Source of the DNA: an uncultured Candidatus Saccharibacteria bacterium
Lineage (GTDB): Bacteria; Patescibacteriota; Minisyncoccia; Phycocordibacterales; Phycocordibacteraceae
Assembly (NCBI GenBank): GCA_964634305.1
Contig: CAZWLE010000002.1
Location: 921 to 64,920 of the forward strand
Direction of reading: 5' to 3'
DNA: 64,000 bases
Below, in pieces: positions 18,679-30,661 of the stretch (positions within the stretch are counted from its first letter, which is position 1; each line of letters starts with the position of its first letter). The notes beneath the pieces are model-generated. The model was not told the origin of the DNA. It ran no database searches and worked only from the letters and a program-made list of their open reading frames with translations. A program made the position numbers and the translations under genes.

Positions 18679-19694
18679 GGTTACTTATAACCACGCAGAC
18701 GGTCGACATGCACAATCCAGGTCTTGGATTCTTTCATCATTGGCTTGAAGTATTTGCACCTCGCTTTGAATCCATTGAGGTAATCTGCCTGTCGGAAGGT
18801 ACGCACGCCCTGCCTGCGAATGTGCGAGTGCATAGCCTTGGCAAAGAAAAGGGAGGGAATCGATTCCAGTACATCACGCGCTTTCTGTCATTGGTATGGA
18901 AGCTACGTAACAACTACGACGCTGTGTTTGTTCATATGAATCCCGAGTATGTACTTCTCGCTGCTGATATATGGCTGCTGACACGAAAGAGAGTAGCTAT
19001 TTGGTACAACCATGAAGTTGGTTCTCTTGCGCTACGGCTTGCAGCTCCCGTTGCGTCAGTTATTTTTCACACCTCACCGTATGCATACACTGCTCGATAT
19101 AAGAAAGCAGTGCGTATGCCGGCAGGTATCGACACCACGCTTTTTAGTCCTGCTTCTGTTGTGCGCGACCCGTTTGGGGTGTATTTCCAAGGTCGCGTAT
19201 CAAAAGCGAAACGTGTCCATGTACTCCTTGCGGCGTTACGTAGATTACGTGACCGGGTACCAGCAAGTGTCACCGTTGTTGGGCCAGAAGATGCGTCATA
19301 TGTAACGCACTTGCGACACGAGTACAACGACCTTATTGATGCAGGTGCTCTCCGATTTCTGGGCCCTAAGAAAAACGAGGAGACACCAGCACTCTATAGT
19401 GCGCACGCAGTTGCCATTAATCTGACCGCTGACGGAAACTTCGATAAGACGGTACTCGAAGCTGCTGCATGTGAGACACCGGTCATTGTCTCCTCAAAAG
19501 CGTTTGAAGGAATCATCCCTTCTGACTGGACCGTGCCACATGACGAGATACCAGCACTCGTAGACACCCTTGAGCGATTCCTGTTGCTTACTGAAGAAGA
19601 ACGCAAGGCACTGGGAACCGCAGAGCGCACTGCAGTAATGGAGCAGCATAGTCTCACTGCACTAAGAGACGCGCTCGTAGCAAACCTCACCTAA
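18675..19694 (+). CDS. Glycosyltransferase (GT-B, GT1/GT4-like).
   Basis: DKTVLEAAACETPVIVSS matches the acceptor/nucleotide-binding motif region; co-operonic with GT genes. Confidence 0.55.
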   Translation: MRLLITTQTVDMHNPGLGFFHHWLEVFAPRFESIEVICLSEGTHALPANVRVHSLGKEKGGNRFQYITRFLSLVWKLRNNYDAVFVHMNPEYVLLAADIWLLTRKRVAIWYNHEVGSLALRLAAPVASVIFHTSPYAYTARYKKAVRMPAGIDTTLFSPASVVRDPFGVYFQGRVSKAKRVHVLLAALRRLRDRVPASVTVVGPEDASYVTHLRHEYNDLIDAGALRFLGPKKNEETPALYSAHAVAINLTADGNFDKTVLEAAACETPVIVSSKAFEGIIPSDWTVPHDEIPALVDTLERFLLLTEEERKALGTAERTAVMEQHSLTALRDALVANLT

Positions 19695-19701
19695 CCGTTC
19701 T

Positions 19702-20796
19702 ATGGATGCAGGGACTACCGAAACACGCAGCCGTGATATCGTGCTCGATTTTTGGCGCGGCGCGAGTATTGCGCTCGTCGTGTTCCATCATCTGGTGTAT
19801 TTCCGGTACCGCGCAGACCTAGAAGCTTTCATGAGTGTATTGCGTGCGACCGGCGAGACATTCGCAGGTGCCTACGCTACGGCGATACTTCTCATGCTTG
19901 AAATTGCTGAGCGCGTCGGTCCATACGGAGTGAAGTTCTTTTTCGTCATTAGTGGGTACCTCATCACGAAACTCATGATGGAGGATGAAGAACGGAAGGG
20001 AAGTATGAGCCTTTTTCGTTTTTACGCTCGACGCGTCTTTCGCATCCTTCCCGCCTATGTCGTATATCTGCTTGCAGTGTTACTTGCGGGAGCTGTAGGT
20101 CTTATTGCTCGTGAGCCAGGGGAAGTCGCCCTTGCGGGCGGGTTTATGTGTAATACCGGGTTAGGGGGGTGTGGATGGGCAACGGTTCACACCTGGACGC
20201 TCGCTATAGAGGAGCAATTCTATATTGTCTGGCCGTTAGTATTTTTGCTTATTCCGCAGCGGTTCCGTACGCCATTTCTTGCAACGGTGCTTGGTCTGCT
20301 TATTCTCGCAAGTGCAAACGGTCTCTTGGTCGTGAACGGGTGGCTTGATAACGCGCTTGCGTTTGCCTGTATTGCCGCAGGTGCGCTATATGCTGCAAGT
20401 GGCAGAGTACGTACGGTGGTAACGAAGCGGGGGGTTCTCATCATTGCGCTCTTATCGTTGGTAGTGGCGGTTGCAGCGCTTGTGTCGGTCGATATAGCGC
20501 GTGTACTTTTCTATGCCTTTGTACCTGCGCTCCTCCTCATCATTATTATGAGCACGTACCGTCTGCCGAGCATCGTGCGCACCAGGGTGTTTTCACTCGT
20601 TGCGACACTAGGCCTCGTCTCATATAGCTTGTATCTCTGGCAGCAACTATTTCTCGCTACCCCTGATTTCTACACGTTTGAGATACATCCCTTGGTTACA
20701 CTATTCCTCATACCTATTACCCTCGCGTCCTACTTTCTGGTAGAGAAACCTGCGATACGATGGGGTAAATTGCTGCTTGCTCGCCACCATGCCTAG
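19702..20796 (+). CDS. Acyltransferase family 3 (membrane O-acyltransferase).
   Basis: N-terminal LDFWRGASIALVVFHHL and ~10 predicted TM helices. Confidence 0.75.
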   Translation: MDAGTTETRSRDIVLDFWRGASIALVVFHHLVYFRYRADLEAFMSVLRATGETFAGAYATAILLMLEIAERVGPYGVKFFFVISGYLITKLMMEDEERKGSMSLFRFYARRVFRILPAYVVYLLAVLLAGAVGLIAREPGEVALAGGFMCNTGLGGCGWATVHTWTLAIEEQFYIVWPLVFLLIPQRFRTPFLATVLGLLILASANGLLVVNGWLDNALAFACIAAGALYAASGRVRTVVTKRGVLIIALLSLVVAVAALVSVDIARVLFYAFVPALLLIIIMSTYRLPSIVRTRVFSLVATLGLVSYSLYLWQQLFLATPDFYTFEIHPLVTLFLIPITLASYFLVEKPAIRWGKLLLARHHA

Positions 20797-21859
20797 CCCG
20801 TTAAAACTCTACGTAAATAAAGCACTCGCCGCTCCAGGCATGAGTCATTTACCATTGCTCTATCCGTTCTGGGGGAGAATACAGAAAGACACGGTGCTCT
20901 ATATGGTGTCTGCAACTGAGCAACATGGGTACGACGCCACTTGCTTTACCTTTGTTGAGGATAGTGCTGACGCTGAATACGTCCTGATTCCTCACGACTA
21001 TTTTTTGCTCCGTAGCAGGCGCCCTGACTTGCTCGCGCGCATGATAGAAGAGGCGCAAACGGCAGGAAAGCCCATACTCATCGATGCCTCAAGTGACCAT
21101 GCTGGGGTTGTGTCTGTACCCAATGCCGTAGTGCTTCGTATCAATCAATATCGTTTCGAACTCCCGCCCTACGAGATTACGGTTCCGGTTGCATGCGAAG
21201 ACCTACTCGAGCAATACGGGAACGGCACGCTCCAGATACGTGAGAAACAAGAGCGAGCATCGGTGGGGTTTGTGGGGTGGGCGAATATGAAGCTCGTCCA
21301 ACGAATCCGTTCTCTTACTAAGGAGCTGCCCGTGCGGTGTATGTCACTGTTTGATGCGCGACAGGCAGCAAAGATAAAAGGAGTATTTTGGCGTGAACGG
21401 GCCAACCCTCTCTTTGTACGTTCCGCGCGCGTGGACGCTCATTTCATTATTCGCTCTTCCTATTCAGGACATACCGGAACCGTTGAGGGCGATGCTAAGA
21501 AGAATCGTCAGGAATTTATCGATAACCTTCTTGCTAATGATTACGCGCTCATTATTCGAGGTGACGCAAACGCTGCTACTCGTTTTTATGAGGCCCTTTC
21601 TCTTGGACGTATACCGGTCATTATCGATACGGCAATGGTGTTCCCGTTAGAAGACCGTATTACGTATCAGGAGTTCTGTCTCATCATTCCTCATCAAGAG
21701 TTTGAACGAGCGCCAGACATTCTTGCAGATTTCCACGCTTCGTTGTCGCCAGAGGCGTTTATTGCAATGCAACGTAAAGCTCGAGAGGTATTTGAGCAGT
21801 ACCTTCGATTCGATTCGTTTTCGCCTTACTTGGTTGACATGCTACGTAGCCGTCTATGA
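20777..21859 (+). CDS. Exostosin (GT47)-like glycosyltransferase (tentative).
   Basis: C-terminal IIRGDANAATRFYEALSLGRIPVIIDTAMVFPLED resembles the exostosin C-terminal signature (S.RFFEAL..GCIPVI...LPF) from memory. Confidence 0.45.
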   Translation: MLATMPSPLKLYVNKALAAPGMSHLPLLYPFWGRIQKDTVLYMVSATEQHGYDATCFTFVEDSADAEYVLIPHDYFLLRSRRPDLLARMIEEAQTAGKPILIDASSDHAGVVSVPNAVVLRINQYRFELPPYEITVPVACEDLLEQYGNGTLQIREKQERASVGFVGWANMKLVQRIRSLTKELPVRCMSLFDARQAAKIKGVFWRERANPLFVRSARVDAHFIIRSSYSGHTGTVEGDAKKNRQEFIDNLLANDYALIIRGDANAATRFYEALSLGRIPVIIDTAMVFPLEDRITYQEFCLIIPHQEFERAPDILADFHASLSPEAFIAMQRKAREVFEQYLRFDSFSPYLVDMLRSRL

Positions 21860-22668
21860 TTAACCCCGCTCTATCGTTTATGAAATGGGTGAACGGGATG
21901 CCGTTCCCGTTCACCATGCGTCACTATCAGATATTTGGTGCCTCCACAGACCACATGAAAGATGCAGCGCTCATGTCGTCTGATTCGTGGGATACGCTAC
22001 GTGAAGAACATCCCTTCTTTGCGATAGCAGAGACGCGTGAGGCATGGCTTGAGGCGAGTGAATTACGAATAAAAAAGGATGGGCAAGATGAGCGTCTCAT
22101 TGAGCGCGCTAAGGATATTGCGACACTCGTTACCAATCAAGGATTCGACCGTATTTTTTCTGTAGGCGCAGGTGGTGCTGCACTTGAGTACCAACTCACC
22201 AAGCTTCTTCCAGGCGTACCTATTGTTTGTTCTGATTATTCCAGTACTACGGTAGAGCGACTCAAAACGGTGTTCACTGAGGCTGCAGATGTAGTCACGT
22301 TCGATATTTTGGAAGGCGATTGGCGTAAGGTAAACGAAACGTATCTTGGCCAGAAAGGACTCTGTCTTATCTATCGCCTTGACGCAGGATTCTCTGACGA
22401 CGATTGGCGTCGTATCTTTGCTCGTATGCATGACGCCGCTATTCGTAACGTTCTTGTTATACCGACCGGAACGCTTACGTTGCTCTCTGTGTACAACCGG
22501 AAGCGCCGAGAGCTCAGTTGGGTGGTTGCGGGAACGAAGCGCATTTGGAGTGGGTATGTTCGCACTAAGACCGCATTCCTGAAGCAATGGAGTAAGGGGT
22601 ATCACGCAAAAGAGGGGAGATTTGGAGGTCTTGTCGGCTTCCTCCTTCAGGACCACCGAGGTTCGTAG
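21856..22668 (+). CDS. Hypothetical protein, possibly a class-I SAM-dependent methyltransferase.
   Basis: FSVGAGGAALEYQL is a possible GxGxG motif I; weak. Confidence 0.4.
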   Translation: MINPALSFMKWVNGMPFPFTMRHYQIFGASTDHMKDAALMSSDSWDTLREEHPFFAIAETREAWLEASELRIKKDGQDERLIERAKDIATLVTNQGFDRIFSVGAGGAALEYQLTKLLPGVPIVCSDYSSTTVERLKTVFTEAADVVTFDILEGDWRKVNETYLGQKGLCLIYRLDAGFSDDDWRRIFARMHDAAIRNVLVIPTGTLTLLSVYNRKRRELSWVVAGTKRIWSGYVRTKTAFLKQWSKGYHAKEGRFGGLVGFLLQDHRGS

Positions 22669-23959
22669 TACTATGCCCGCATCTATGTCAGGCACCGATA
22701 TTCAACGCGCAGCGATAGAACCCCTTTGCCGCACCGTATCTACGTGTCGCATGTGTCATTCGAAGGAATTGGCCCTCTACCTTGATTTAGGTACGCATCC
22801 GCCGTCTGATCAGTTCCGTACTAAGGAAGAGCTCGATATACCGGAAGTTCGCTACCCGCTTCGGGTCCTGCTTTGCACTACTTGCGGACTCTCACAGCTT
22901 TCCCATGTCGTTGACCCTCGCGTGCTGTATCAACATGACTATCCCTACGAATCATCGACCACCAAGACGGGTAAGAAGCATTGGGATGAGTTAGCAGCAG
23001 CAGTAAAAGCACGACTCTCATTGCCGGAAGGTTCTCTGGTGGTTGATTTCGGCAGTAACGTAGGTACATTACTCGATTCATTCAAATCAGTTGGTATGAA
23101 GGTCGCGGGTATCGACCCGGCGCCGAACATGGTCGAGAAAGCGAATGCAGCAGGCATTCCCACTATTTGTGACTTCTATGGCAGTGCTGCTGCAAAACAG
23201 GTACGTGCCACACATGGCAAGGCAGCGGTCATCGTTGGTACGAATGTGTTTGCTCACATAGATGACCTCGACGCCGTTATGGCAGCACATAAAGAACTAC
23301 TCGCAGACGATGGAGTGTTTATCTTTGAGTCGCCACACATGGGTCCGCTTGTAGAACACCTTGAGTACGACACGGTGTATCACGAGCATCTCTCCTATCT
23401 TTCCCTCGAACCGGTAACGCTCTTTGCGGAGCGTCATGGGTTGGAAGTATTTGCCGTTGAAGAGAGTCAGATACACGGAGGTTCATTCCGCGTATATATC
23501 GGTGCGAAGCATCAACACCCGATTGATGCTAGTGTTGCAGCGCTTATCGAGCGTGAACGAGCGCAAGGTCTTCATAACCTTGAGCAACTGCATGTATTTG
23601 CAGAGTGTGTACGACAAAATCGAGAAGCGCTTCGTCGCTTAGTCGAAGGTGTGCTCGCAGAAGGGAAGACTATTGCTGCGGTGTCAGCACCAGCGAAAGG
23701 CATGACCCTCCTTAATTACTGTGGATTTACTACTCGTGAGCTTCCGTTTGTTACTGAGAAAGCAGCCATAAAGATTGGGCGGTACACTCCTGGCGGCTAT
23801 ATTCCGATTGTTGCAGATGAGGAGCTACTAGTACGCAAACCAGATTACGCACTGTTGCTTGCATGGAATTTTGCAAAGGAAATCATGGAGAATAATGCGG
23901 CGTATCGCGAGGCGGGAGGCAAATTTATCATTCCTGTCCCCGCCCCAAAAATCGTGTAG
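22622..23959 (+). CDS. NDP-hexose C-methyltransferase (TylCIII-like), second copy. The true start is probably the ATG at 22673, just after the upstream stop.
   Basis: CRMCHSKELALYLDLGTHPPSDQF Zn-ribbon motif, a VVDFGSNVGTLL SAM motif, and a Methyltransf_14-like C-terminus. Confidence 0.7.
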   Translation: MEVLSASSFRTTEVRSTMPASMSGTDIQRAAIEPLCRTVSTCRMCHSKELALYLDLGTHPPSDQFRTKEELDIPEVRYPLRVLLCTTCGLSQLSHVVDPRVLYQHDYPYESSTTKTGKKHWDELAAAVKARLSLPEGSLVVDFGSNVGTLLDSFKSVGMKVAGIDPAPNMVEKANAAGIPTICDFYGSAAAKQVRATHGKAAVIVGTNVFAHIDDLDAVMAAHKELLADDGVFIFESPHMGPLVEHLEYDTVYHEHLSYLSLEPVTLFAERHGLEVFAVEESQIHGGSFRVYIGAKHQHPIDASVAALIERERAQGLHNLEQLHVFAECVRQNREALRRLVEGVLAEGKTIAAVSAPAKGMTLLNYCGFTTRELPFVTEKAAIKIGRYTPGGYIPIVADEELLVRKPDYALLLAWNFAKEIMENNAAYREAGGKFIIPVPAPKIV

Positions 23960-23961
23960 TA

Positions 23962-24357
23962 TTGAGCACAATGGATATCCAGCGCAAAGAGCCAAATCAC
24001 ACGGATGACCGAGGTGAGATACGTGACATCCTCGCGCACGAGGAATTCGATGCGGTTACCTATATTACGTATACGAAGGGTGCCATCCGTGCGAACCACT
24101 ACCACGAGAAAACAGTACAGTGGGACTACGTTATCTCTGGTTCTTTGGAATGCTATTCCCGCGATGGGTTCGATGCGCCAGTAGAAATGCATATCATTGG
24201 CCCTGGAGATTTGGTCAAACATCCGGTAGGTGAGCATCATGCTCTTCGTGCGCTTGAGGATTCAGTTACGCTCGCGCTTGCGAAAGGTCCGCGTCAGGGC
24301 GATGAGTATGAGAACGATGTAATTCGTCTTGAGGGCGACCAGAAGCTCGTTTCTTAA
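23962..24357 (+). CDS. WxcM/FdtA-like cupin (NDP-4-keto-6-deoxyhexose 3,4-ketoisomerase-like).
   Basis: 131 aa. DDRGEIRDIL...ANHYHEKTVQWDYVISGS is a cupin His-rich motif, and the size matches FdtA/QdtA. Confidence 0.5.
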   Translation: MSTMDIQRKEPNHTDDRGEIRDILAHEEFDAVTYITYTKGAIRANHYHEKTVQWDYVISGSLECYSRDGFDAPVEMHIIGPGDLVKHPVGEHHALRALEDSVTLALAKGPRQGDEYENDVIRLEGDQKLVS

Positions 24358-24362
24358 CGTAT

Positions 24363-25484
24363 ATGCACGTCCCTGTCGGAAAACCCCTCTTCGGTGACGT
24401 AGAGCGAGAATATGTTAATGATGCGCTCACTAAGACGGAAATCTCCGGCTTTTCGGGTGGATACACTACGAAGTTTGAGCAGGCATTCGCTGCGTTTTGC
24501 GGCACTAAAGAAGCGGTAACGGCATCAAGCGGTACCACGGCGCTTCATCTTGCGCTTGCCGGTCTTCGTATCGGTCCTGGCGATGAAGTCATTACACAGT
24601 CGTTTACCAACATGGCGACCTTTTTCGCCATTCTCTACCAAGGTGCTGTTCCGGTACCAGTCGATTCAGAACCAGATACGCTCAACATCGACCCTGCTCT
24701 TATTGAGGCGAAGATAACGTCACGCACAAAAGCGATTATGGTGGTCCATATATATGGTCACCCTGTCGACATGGGCCCGGTCATGGAGATAGCGCGTAAG
24801 CATAATCTGCTCGTCATTGAGGACGCAGCAGAAGCGCATGGCGCAGAATATAACGGTCAACGGGTCGGCAGCTTCGGAGACGCTGCGTGCTTTAGTTTTT
24901 ATGCCAACAAGATAATCACGACAGGGGAGGGTGGCATGGTGACCACGAATAATCCAGAACTTGCCGCACGTATGCGAAGTCTGAAGGGTCTTGCCTTTGG
25001 TAAGGAAAACAAGTTCATGCACGAAGATATTGGATACAACTACCGTATGACCAATCTCCAGGCAGCGTTTGGGGCAGCACAGATGACGCATGCCGAAGAC
25101 TTGGTAGCGCGTAAACGTGCTATCGCGGCGTACTACCTCACACACCTTCAAGGTCTTTCAGGCGTTCGTCTTCCTGTAGAGAAGCCCTATGCAAAGAATG
25201 TGTACTGGATGTTCAACGTAGTACTCGAAGGTGCCCTTGAAGGAAAGCGTGCTGACGTTATGCGTGAACTTCTCGCGCGCGGTGTGGAAACGCGAGAAGA
25301 TTTTCTTCCTGCAAACGACCAGGACATCTTCCAGGCTCGCGGGTTCACGAAGGCTGAAGACTGTCCCCATGCAAGCTACGCAGGGAAGAACGGATTCTAT
25401 CTCCCAAGTGGCACTGATATTAGTGAAGAGGAGCAAGCGCATGTTGTGACGATGATGAAAGAGGTCGTCGCTACACTGACGTAG
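24363..25484 (+). CDS. DegT/DnrJ/EryC1/StrS-family PLP-dependent sugar aminotransferase.
   Basis: SSGTTALHLALAGL, DAAEAHGA, and SFYANKIITTGEGGMV (PLP-lysine motif). Confidence 0.85.
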   Translation: MHVPVGKPLFGDVEREYVNDALTKTEISGFSGGYTTKFEQAFAAFCGTKEAVTASSGTTALHLALAGLRIGPGDEVITQSFTNMATFFAILYQGAVPVPVDSEPDTLNIDPALIEAKITSRTKAIMVVHIYGHPVDMGPVMEIARKHNLLVIEDAAEAHGAEYNGQRVGSFGDAACFSFYANKIITTGEGGMVTTNNPELAARMRSLKGLAFGKENKFMHEDIGYNYRMTNLQAAFGAAQMTHAEDLVARKRAIAAYYLTHLQGLSGVRLPVEKPYAKNVYWMFNVVLEGALEGKRADVMRELLARGVETREDFLPANDQDIFQARGFTKAEDCPHASYAGKNGFYLPSGTDISEEEQAHVVTMMKEVVATLT

Positions 25485-25485
25485 T

Positions 25486-27755
<2,270 letters not shown>

Positions 27756-27828
27756 CTTTCTTTTTCGCAGGAACGTGTTATTTTGTGAGTCCCTGACCTC
27801 ATGGTCGTAGTCGAAAAGGGAGGCGTCT

Positions 27829-28143
27829 ATGGCGCTTTTGCACACCGTCCTTGTGTCATTTTGGGATGATGTTACTCCCGACACCACGAGGGAATACATC
27901 TACAAGAAGTATCAGACGCTTGCCGAAAAATGCGGTGGCGCTGATGCAGGCATCCTGAAATGCCATGTCGGCTGGAACAAGGACCTTCGGAAGAAGGTCG
28001 GGAGAGAGTGGCATCTCTCAATAGTCATTTGGTTCCGTGATGACGATGCTCTCCAGGCATTCCGACGCCATCCAGAACATACGGAGCTCACCAACCTTCT
28101 TCGCACGTGCGGTGATTGGGTGGTGGCTGACATCGACATCTGA
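27829..28143 (+). CDS. Dabb-like stress-responsive alpha/beta-barrel protein.
   Basis: 104 aa; the LHTVLVSFWDD...AFRRHPEH pattern matches the Dabb family. Confidence 0.5.
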   Translation: MALLHTVLVSFWDDVTPDTTREYIYKKYQTLAEKCGGADAGILKCHVGWNKDLRKKVGREWHLSIVIWFRDDDALQAFRRHPEHTELTNLLRTCGDWVVADIDI

Positions 28144-28228
28144 TTGGTAGTCAGCAATACACGCCTCGGGACATAGTTCCTGGGGCGTTGCTGTTACCTG
28201 TATTCGCAAAGGGTATACTGCCCCTATC

Positions 28229-29308
28229 ATGAGGATTACCTACCTCTCTACTGCCCGTATTCCCGATGAATGGGGGCATGTCATACAGATACTGAAGATG
28301 TGTGAGGCGTTTGCGGACCTCGGTCATACGGTGGAATTAGTAGTGCCTATGCGCGCTGCTACACCAACCACTGACCCATACGAGTACGTCGGCGCAAAGC
28401 GGAATTTCCGTATCACAAAACTTCCATGTCTCGATTTCTCTGCGACCGGAGAGGGAAAGTTTTTCTATTGGCTCCGTACACTCTCGTTTCTCATAGTTGC
28501 GTGTCTCTATCTTTTCTTTCGTCGTAACGAACTTATATATACACGCGAGCCTGCTGCTTCGCTCTTTTTCCGTGACTTTGCCTTTGAAGCACATGCAGTG
28601 ACGCCCGGCCTTAGTGGAGCATTAAAAAACGCTCGCACCGTTATTGCGATTACCTCATTCATAAAAGAGGAACTCGTCGCGGCAGGAGTGCCTACAGAGC
28701 GTGTCTTCATCGCGCCTGACGCAGTTGATCTCGCACCGTTCTCTTCGACCGAAGGGAAAGCAGAAGCTCGAGCACGTCTTGGTCTGCCTGATGGAAAGCT
28801 TGCGCTCTACCTTGGGCGCGTCGACGCGTGGAAAGGGTATGACGCACTGTTTGGTGCCGCTGTGCTTCTCGAGGACGTGACCGTTGTGGTAATAGGCGCT
28901 GAAGAAAAAGACCTTCCGTCCTTGCGCGCTGCGCACCCACGCGTAGTGTTTGTGCCGTTCCGACCATATAAAGAAGTAGCGGACAACCAGGCTGCTGCTG
29001 ACGTATTGCTCCTTCCCAACACTGCAAAGAACTCGATGTCCGCTCGGTATACGTCGCCGCTAAAACTCTTTACCTACATGGCCTCTGGCGTACCAATCGT
29101 TGCGTCCGATTTGCCATCGATACGGGAAATTCTCGATGAGTCGACGGCGTATCTAGTGTCGCCTGATGATGCCAAGGCACTCGCGGTAGGTATACGTACT
29201 GCGCTCGCACATTCTGACGAAGCAAAAGCACGTGCCAAGGCTGCTCGAGAAAAGGTAGAAAACTACACGTGGCGCAGCCGTGCAGAGCGTATCCTTGCTT
29301 CGTTGTAA
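28229..29308 (+). CDS. Glycosyltransferase family 4 (GT-B).
   Basis: N-terminal Glyco_trans_4-like region, and a C-terminus with NTAKNSMSARYTSPLKLFTYMASGVPIVASD. Confidence 0.75.
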   Translation: MRITYLSTARIPDEWGHVIQILKMCEAFADLGHTVELVVPMRAATPTTDPYEYVGAKRNFRITKLPCLDFSATGEGKFFYWLRTLSFLIVACLYLFFRRNELIYTREPAASLFFRDFAFEAHAVTPGLSGALKNARTVIAITSFIKEELVAAGVPTERVFIAPDAVDLAPFSSTEGKAEARARLGLPDGKLALYLGRVDAWKGYDALFGAAVLLEDVTVVVIGAEEKDLPSLRAAHPRVVFVPFRPYKEVADNQAAADVLLLPNTAKNSMSARYTSPLKLFTYMASGVPIVASDLPSIREILDESTAYLVSPDDAKALAVGIRTALAHSDEAKARAKAAREKVENYTWRSRAERILASL

Positions 29309-29921
29309 TATGGCGCACGACACACAGACTGATTTTTTTAAAAAGCAGATAACGCGTATCTTCGCTGAGAAGAAGGTAATTATCGATATTGGCGGGGGAT
29401 TGCGTATCGACCAAGCGCGGAACAATCGGTACGAAGAAGGCTACACATGGATTCATCCCTATTTGGATACGGTTGACTACAAAGTGCTCGACAAAGTCTC
29501 CGATTTCAACCCAGACATTGTTGGCGACATCCACGCACTCCCGCTTCCTGATGAGAGCGTTGATGCGATTGTATGCATCGCCGTGCTCGAACATGTTGAG
29601 GAGCCACAGAAAGCCGTACGAGAAATGCATCGTGTGCTAAAGCCTGGTGGATACTGTTTTATCTTTGCACCGTTTCTCTACTACTATCACGCAGAGAAAG
29701 GCTACTACGGTGACTTCTATCGATTCACGGAGGACGGTATGTGGTACATGACCAAGGAGTTTTCTTCCGTCGAGATTGACCCTGTACGTGGTCCTATCAC
29801 CACACTCCTTAATCTCATCCCGTTCTTTTCAAAGCGTACGGGGTGGGCATCATTTCTTGATCGATTCGCGCGACCAGGCAGTAAGCAGGTGAGTGGCTGC
29901 AATGTGTTCTGCATAAAATAG
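29280..29921 (+). CDS. Class-I SAM-dependent methyltransferase.
   Basis: IDIGGGLR motif I, and the post-I/II region DAIVCIAVLEHVEEPQKAVREMHRVLKPGGYCFI. Confidence 0.7.
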   Translation: MQSVSLLRCNMAHDTQTDFFKKQITRIFAEKKVIIDIGGGLRIDQARNNRYEEGYTWIHPYLDTVDYKVLDKVSDFNPDIVGDIHALPLPDESVDAIVCIAVLEHVEEPQKAVREMHRVLKPGGYCFIFAPFLYYYHAEKGYYGDFYRFTEDGMWYMTKEFSSVEIDPVRGPITTLLNLIPFFSKRTGWASFLDRFARPGSKQVSGCNVFCIK

Positions 29922-29923
29922 TC

Positions 29924-30616
29924 ATGACCCATTTTGACCATCTCCAAAGTTTAGTGCCAGGGCTTTCAAGTAAACGCATCCTTGATTTGGGAGCAGGACG
30001 TGGAGGCTTTCTCATAGGACTCGCCAAGCAGGGTATTAGCGCTAAGGGTGTCGAGTATAGCGACACGTATATAAAAGAGGCAAAGGAACGAGCTGAGAAC
30101 GAGGGAGTTGTCATTGATGTGGTGCAGGGTGCCGCAGAAGCATTACCTTTTACTGAGGGATCATTCGATTTTATTAACGCCTGTGAGGTGATTGAGCACG
30201 TGCAGAGTCCTGAACTTATGCTCAGAGAGATACATCGCGTACTTGTATCAGGCGGTGCAGCGTACGTATCAGTCCCAAATCGATTTGGCATGAAAGACCA
30301 ACATTTCCATCTATATGGTGTTAACTGGGTACCACGCGCGTGGTCAGATACATACATTAGCCTCTTTGGAACACATAAGAAGTATGAGGACGCATCCGCG
30401 GGCCATCAGCGACTTCGTAGCATGCATTACTACACATTTACGACTATATGTGCACTTGTGGAATCAGCCGGATTGCAGGCACAAGACATACGGCTTCGTC
30501 GGATACGTTCGGAGTACAGCGGGCTAAAGCGTAGTTTCGCGTTGATACTATACCCGTTTCTTCGCTCCTTCTATTTTGATTCTTTTCACCTTCTTCTAAT
30601 AAAACCACAGAAGTAA
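29924..30616 (+). CDS. Class-I SAM-dependent methyltransferase.
   Basis: ILDLGAGRGGFL motif I and FDFINACEVIEHVQSPELMLREIHRVLVSGGAAYVSVP. Confidence 0.75.
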   Translation: MTHFDHLQSLVPGLSSKRILDLGAGRGGFLIGLAKQGISAKGVEYSDTYIKEAKERAENEGVVIDVVQGAAEALPFTEGSFDFINACEVIEHVQSPELMLREIHRVLVSGGAAYVSVPNRFGMKDQHFHLYGVNWVPRAWSDTYISLFGTHKKYEDASAGHQRLRSMHYYTFTTICALVESAGLQAQDIRLRRIRSEYSGLKRSFALILYPFLRSFYFDSFHLLLIKPQK

Positions 30617-30661
30617 GAATGCATGACGATACATCTTGGCATATAAGCGCCACGTAGGTAT

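Noticed and set aside
22622-22672. 51-nt overlap between 21856..22668 and the second C-methyltransferase.
   Set aside because: An in-frame ATG at 22673 directly follows the upstream stop, and the extra N-terminal 17 aa are not part of the conserved Zn-ribbon, so the overlap is a probable start over-extension.
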